A stretch of DNA of 64,000 nt from Centroscyllium fabricii (lineage: Eukaryota): contig JBNRSN020000017.1 in the NCBI GenBank assembly GCA_051313645.2, forward strand, positions 83,948,001 to 84,012,000. The letters are read 5' to 3'. The position numbers and the translations under genes are program-made. Numbering within the stretch: position 1 is the stretch's first letter; each line of letters begins with the position of its first letter. Below the pieces are notes generated by a model. The model searched no databases. It was not told the origin of the DNA and was given only the letters and a program-made list of their open reading frames with translations. Positions 61,101 to 64,000 of this stretch are shown one piece after another.

Positions 61101-62640
61101 CAGATCTTCGAGCCCCGGCAGAAAAGCTCCTCGGCTTACGTTTGGCCAGCATCCCCCACGGCCCCGCGGCCACCGTAGTGTGCTGCGACGTCTCACTGCA
61201 GCAGCCCAGGCCCGTCGTCCCCCAGGTATGGAGGCGGCGCATCTTTGAGACCCTCCACGGCCTGTCCCACCCCGGCACCTGCGCCTCCATCAAGCTCATC
61301 TCGGCCTGTTTTGTGTGGCGCGGCCTTCGTAGGGACGTCCGCGCCTGGACCAACGCCTGCATCGCCTGTCAGCGGGCCAAAGTGCATAAACACGTCAAGG
61401 CCCCTCTAGAAAACTTTACAGTACCAGCCAGGCGCTTCGACCATGTCCACGTCGATCCCGTCGGACCACTGCCGCCGTCCCGGGGCCACACCCATCTGAT
61501 GACGATGGTGGATCGCAACACTCGCTGGCCAGAAGCAGTCCCCTTGGCCGCAACCAATACTACGGACTTAGCCAGGGCGTTCATTGCAACTTGGGTCGCC
61601 CGTTTCGGCGTGCCCACCGACATCACGTCAGACAGAGGTCCCCAGTTCACGTCCGCACTATGGGCTGCCATCGCCCGTGACCTCGGTGTGACCCTGCACA
61701 GAACGACCGCGTACCACCCGCAGGTGAACGGGCTGTGCGAAAGGTTTCACCGTTCAATGAAAGCCTCCCTGCGGGCCAGCCTGGAAGACGCATCCTGGAC
61801 AGACCGCCTACCATGGGTATTGCTCGGACTCCGCTCGGCGGCCAAAGAGGACCTGCACGCCTCAGCAGCGGAACTGGTCTATGGCCAGACATTGAGAGTG
61901 CCGGGCGAGTTTCTCCCCGAATCGAACGCCACCTGGTTGGCGGACCAGTTTCTCAAATACTTCGCCAACCCGGCACGAACTTTCGCCCCCTTACCGGTGA
62001 CCCGGCATGGGGAGCCGGTGGCACATGTGCCGGACTCCATCCAGCAAGCCAAGTTCATTTTCGTCCGCCACGACGCTCATCGCACACCTCTACAGCCACC
62101 CTACGACGGCCCTTATAGAGTACTTCGGGCGGGACCTAAAACTTTTGATTTGCAGCTGGGCACCTGAACTGAAACTGTGTCAATCGACCGGCTGAAACCG
62201 GCTCACATGATAGCGGCCGACATGGCGGTCCCGGCCCAACCACCTCAACGCGGACGCCCTCCCGCACCAACACCCGCCCACACTCCACTGCAGCACCAGG
62301 AGCAATGCAAGACCCGTACCGGCCGCACCATACGGCCACCACGACGCCTCTTGTAGACTTTTTCCCTCGGACGGATTCTGGGGGGAGCTGTGTGGCGGAT
62401 CGCCGGCTGGCGAATCCATCTCGGGAATACTGCGGGGCATAGCCCCGCCCACCGGGTGACGCGATGACGTCATCACGTCTCAGCGTGATGATGTCAGAGG
62501 TCAGAGGTTGCAGAGCGGGGGTTTTAAAAGAGCCTGCACCTCGTGGCTCACTCTCTTTCTGTTTAAGTTTGGTTGAATAAAGAAGTGTTGATTGTCCCTC
62601 TTTGGCTCCTGCTTGATCCTTGGGTCCTGTAAGCACTACA
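58166..62640 (+). mobile_element. Full-length but disrupted Ty3/Gypsy of the CsRn1 type
   Basis: 250-bp LTRs at 58166-58415 and 62391-62640 (6 differences counted by eye), TSD CCCT, PBS TGGTGACCCCG (tRNA-Trp), PPT GGGGGGAG, gag CHCC motif CHYHARFGAKAHRCVLPC. Confidence 0.95.
58526..62360 (+). pseudogene. gag-pol of the CsRn1-type Gypsy
   Basis: LPEFWEQRPAAWF gag start, protease with DTG changed to YTG, YLDDIL, TDASD, TSDRGPQF, NGLCERFH; several stops and frameshifts. Confidence 0.92.
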
Positions 62641-64000
62641 CCCTGACTGTTTTGGCTGGAGCTTTCACCCTTTTGATGAGTGGTTTGTATGCTGGGACAA
62701 GGAACAGTGAAAGGTGGTCGGACTTCCCGAGGTGGGGGCAGGGGATGGCTTTGTAAGCCACTGCAATGCTGGTGTAAACCTGGTCCAGTGTGTTCTTGCC
62801 CCTCGTGGGGCAGGAGACATTCTGGTGGAATTTCGGTAGTATGGATTTGAGGTTAGCGTGGTTGAAGTCCCCCGCCACGATAAAGGCTCCCTCCGGATGC
62901 ACGGTCTGCTGCTCACTGATTGCCCTGTGGAGATCCTTTAGTGCCAGTTTGGCATTAGCACGTGGAGGGATGTAGACCGCAGTGAAGATGACGGCCGTGA
63001 ATTCCCGAGGCAGGTAAAAGGGTGAGCACCTTACCGTGAGGAGTTCTAGATCGGCGGAGCAGGAACTTTCGATCAGTTCCGCGTTCGTGCCCCAGGCGTT
63101 GTTCGGGTAGATGCACAGGCCGCCTCTCTTGCTCTTACCGGAGTCGGCTGCTCTGTCGGCGTGGAAGACCATGTGACCCGCCAGCTGGATGGCGGAGTCA
63201 GGAATGCAATCGTTCAGCCAGGTCTCCGTGACGATCATGGCGCAGCATTCCTTGATCCTGGTCTGTGTGGAGAGGCCAAGTTTGATTTCATCAATTTTAC
63301 TCCCGAGGGACCTGACGTTGGCCAGGTAGATACTGGGCAGAGAGGGTTTGAGAGGGGCCCTCTTCAGCCTGATGAGGGTCCCTGCTCTCTTAACTCTCTT
63401 CTGTGTTCGTTCTCTTCTGGGCCTCCGCCGACACCCCGCTGAGCGCCACACTGCTACTGTCTTGTTAATTTCAGCTGGGAGATCGAGATCGCGATCTCCC
63501 AGTGAAAGTGCCCCGCAGCTGGCCCCGATGTCCAAAAGAGCTTGCCGGCTGTAGCGGAGGTCTGCTCTCGCTTTCCTGGAGAGCAGACCTAGGATGGTGA
63601 AGATGATAAAGATGATGTGGAAGATTTGTCTCGGGAGAGACAAAGCCGCTGTGTTCATGCGCGCCGCCATTTTGAAGTGAATGAGGGTAGCTAACGTTAC
63701 CCCACTATTCAAAAAAGGTGTTAGAGAAAAACCGGGAAATTATAGACCAGTAAGCCTGACATCGGTAGTGGGGAAAATGCTAGAGTCCATTATAAAAGAT
63801 GTAATAGCAGAGCACTTGGAAAGCAGTGACAGGATCGGACAAAGTCAACATGGATTTACAAAAGGTAAATCATGCTTGACTAATCTTCTGGAATTTTTGA
63901 GGATGTAACTGGTAAAATAGATAAGGGAGAACCAGTGGATGTGGTATATTTGGACTTTCAAAAGGCTTTCGATAAGGTCCCGCATAAGAGATTAGTGTGC

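Larger units (their letters stand above)
56151..63678 (-). mobile_element. Near full-length Rex1/Babar LINE (APE endonuclease + RT), disrupted and split by a Gypsy
   Basis: ORF from ATG 63670: LANVRSL, TETWL, GDFN, SDH; then [32 protein letters not shown]; 3' tail (TTGAA)n at 56151. Confidence 0.95.
55917..64000 (+). mobile_element. CR1 LINE split by the Rex1 insertion (pieces 55917-56151 and 63679-64000)
   Basis: Left piece LKADKSPEPDNLHLRVLK...IFQTSIDSG is continued by RVANVTPLFKKGVREKPGNYRPVSLTS in the right piece. Confidence 0.9.

Overview
Eukaryotic, repeat-dense genomic DNA, almost certainly from a cartilaginous fish (HE1-type V-SINEs, a SacSINE1-type DeuSINE, CR1, Rex1/Babar, RTE, L2 and Penelope-like elements). 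The only host gene I can support is the 5' end of a class B GPCR on the minus strand, best read as GLP2R: coding exon 1 at 25769-25647 and exon 2 at 8302-8209, joined in phase 0 across a ~17.3 kb intron. The rest is transposon-derived, with two deep nests. (1) A dead two-gene Harbinger transposon (~36.5-48.7 kb) holds RTE, CR1, Rex1 and Penelope fragments plus an intact Ty3/Gypsy element (42442-47122: identical 249-bp LTRs, ATTAC TSD, single 1344-aa ORF). (2) A CR1 is split by a near full-length Rex1, which is split by a CsRn1-type Gypsy (58166-62640). The most unusual signal is that the intact Gypsy has no tRNA primer-binding site; the 13 nt in that position are the exact reverse complement of the element's own poly(A)-signal region, suggesting self-priming. 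Also notable: a 5S-headed SINE carrying both ends of a Rex1 LINE, MITEs with tandem YY1/NRF1-like or AGAACA motifs, minimal hammerhead ribozymes, a ~300-bp palindrome and local duplications. All calls were made by eye; no database searches were run.
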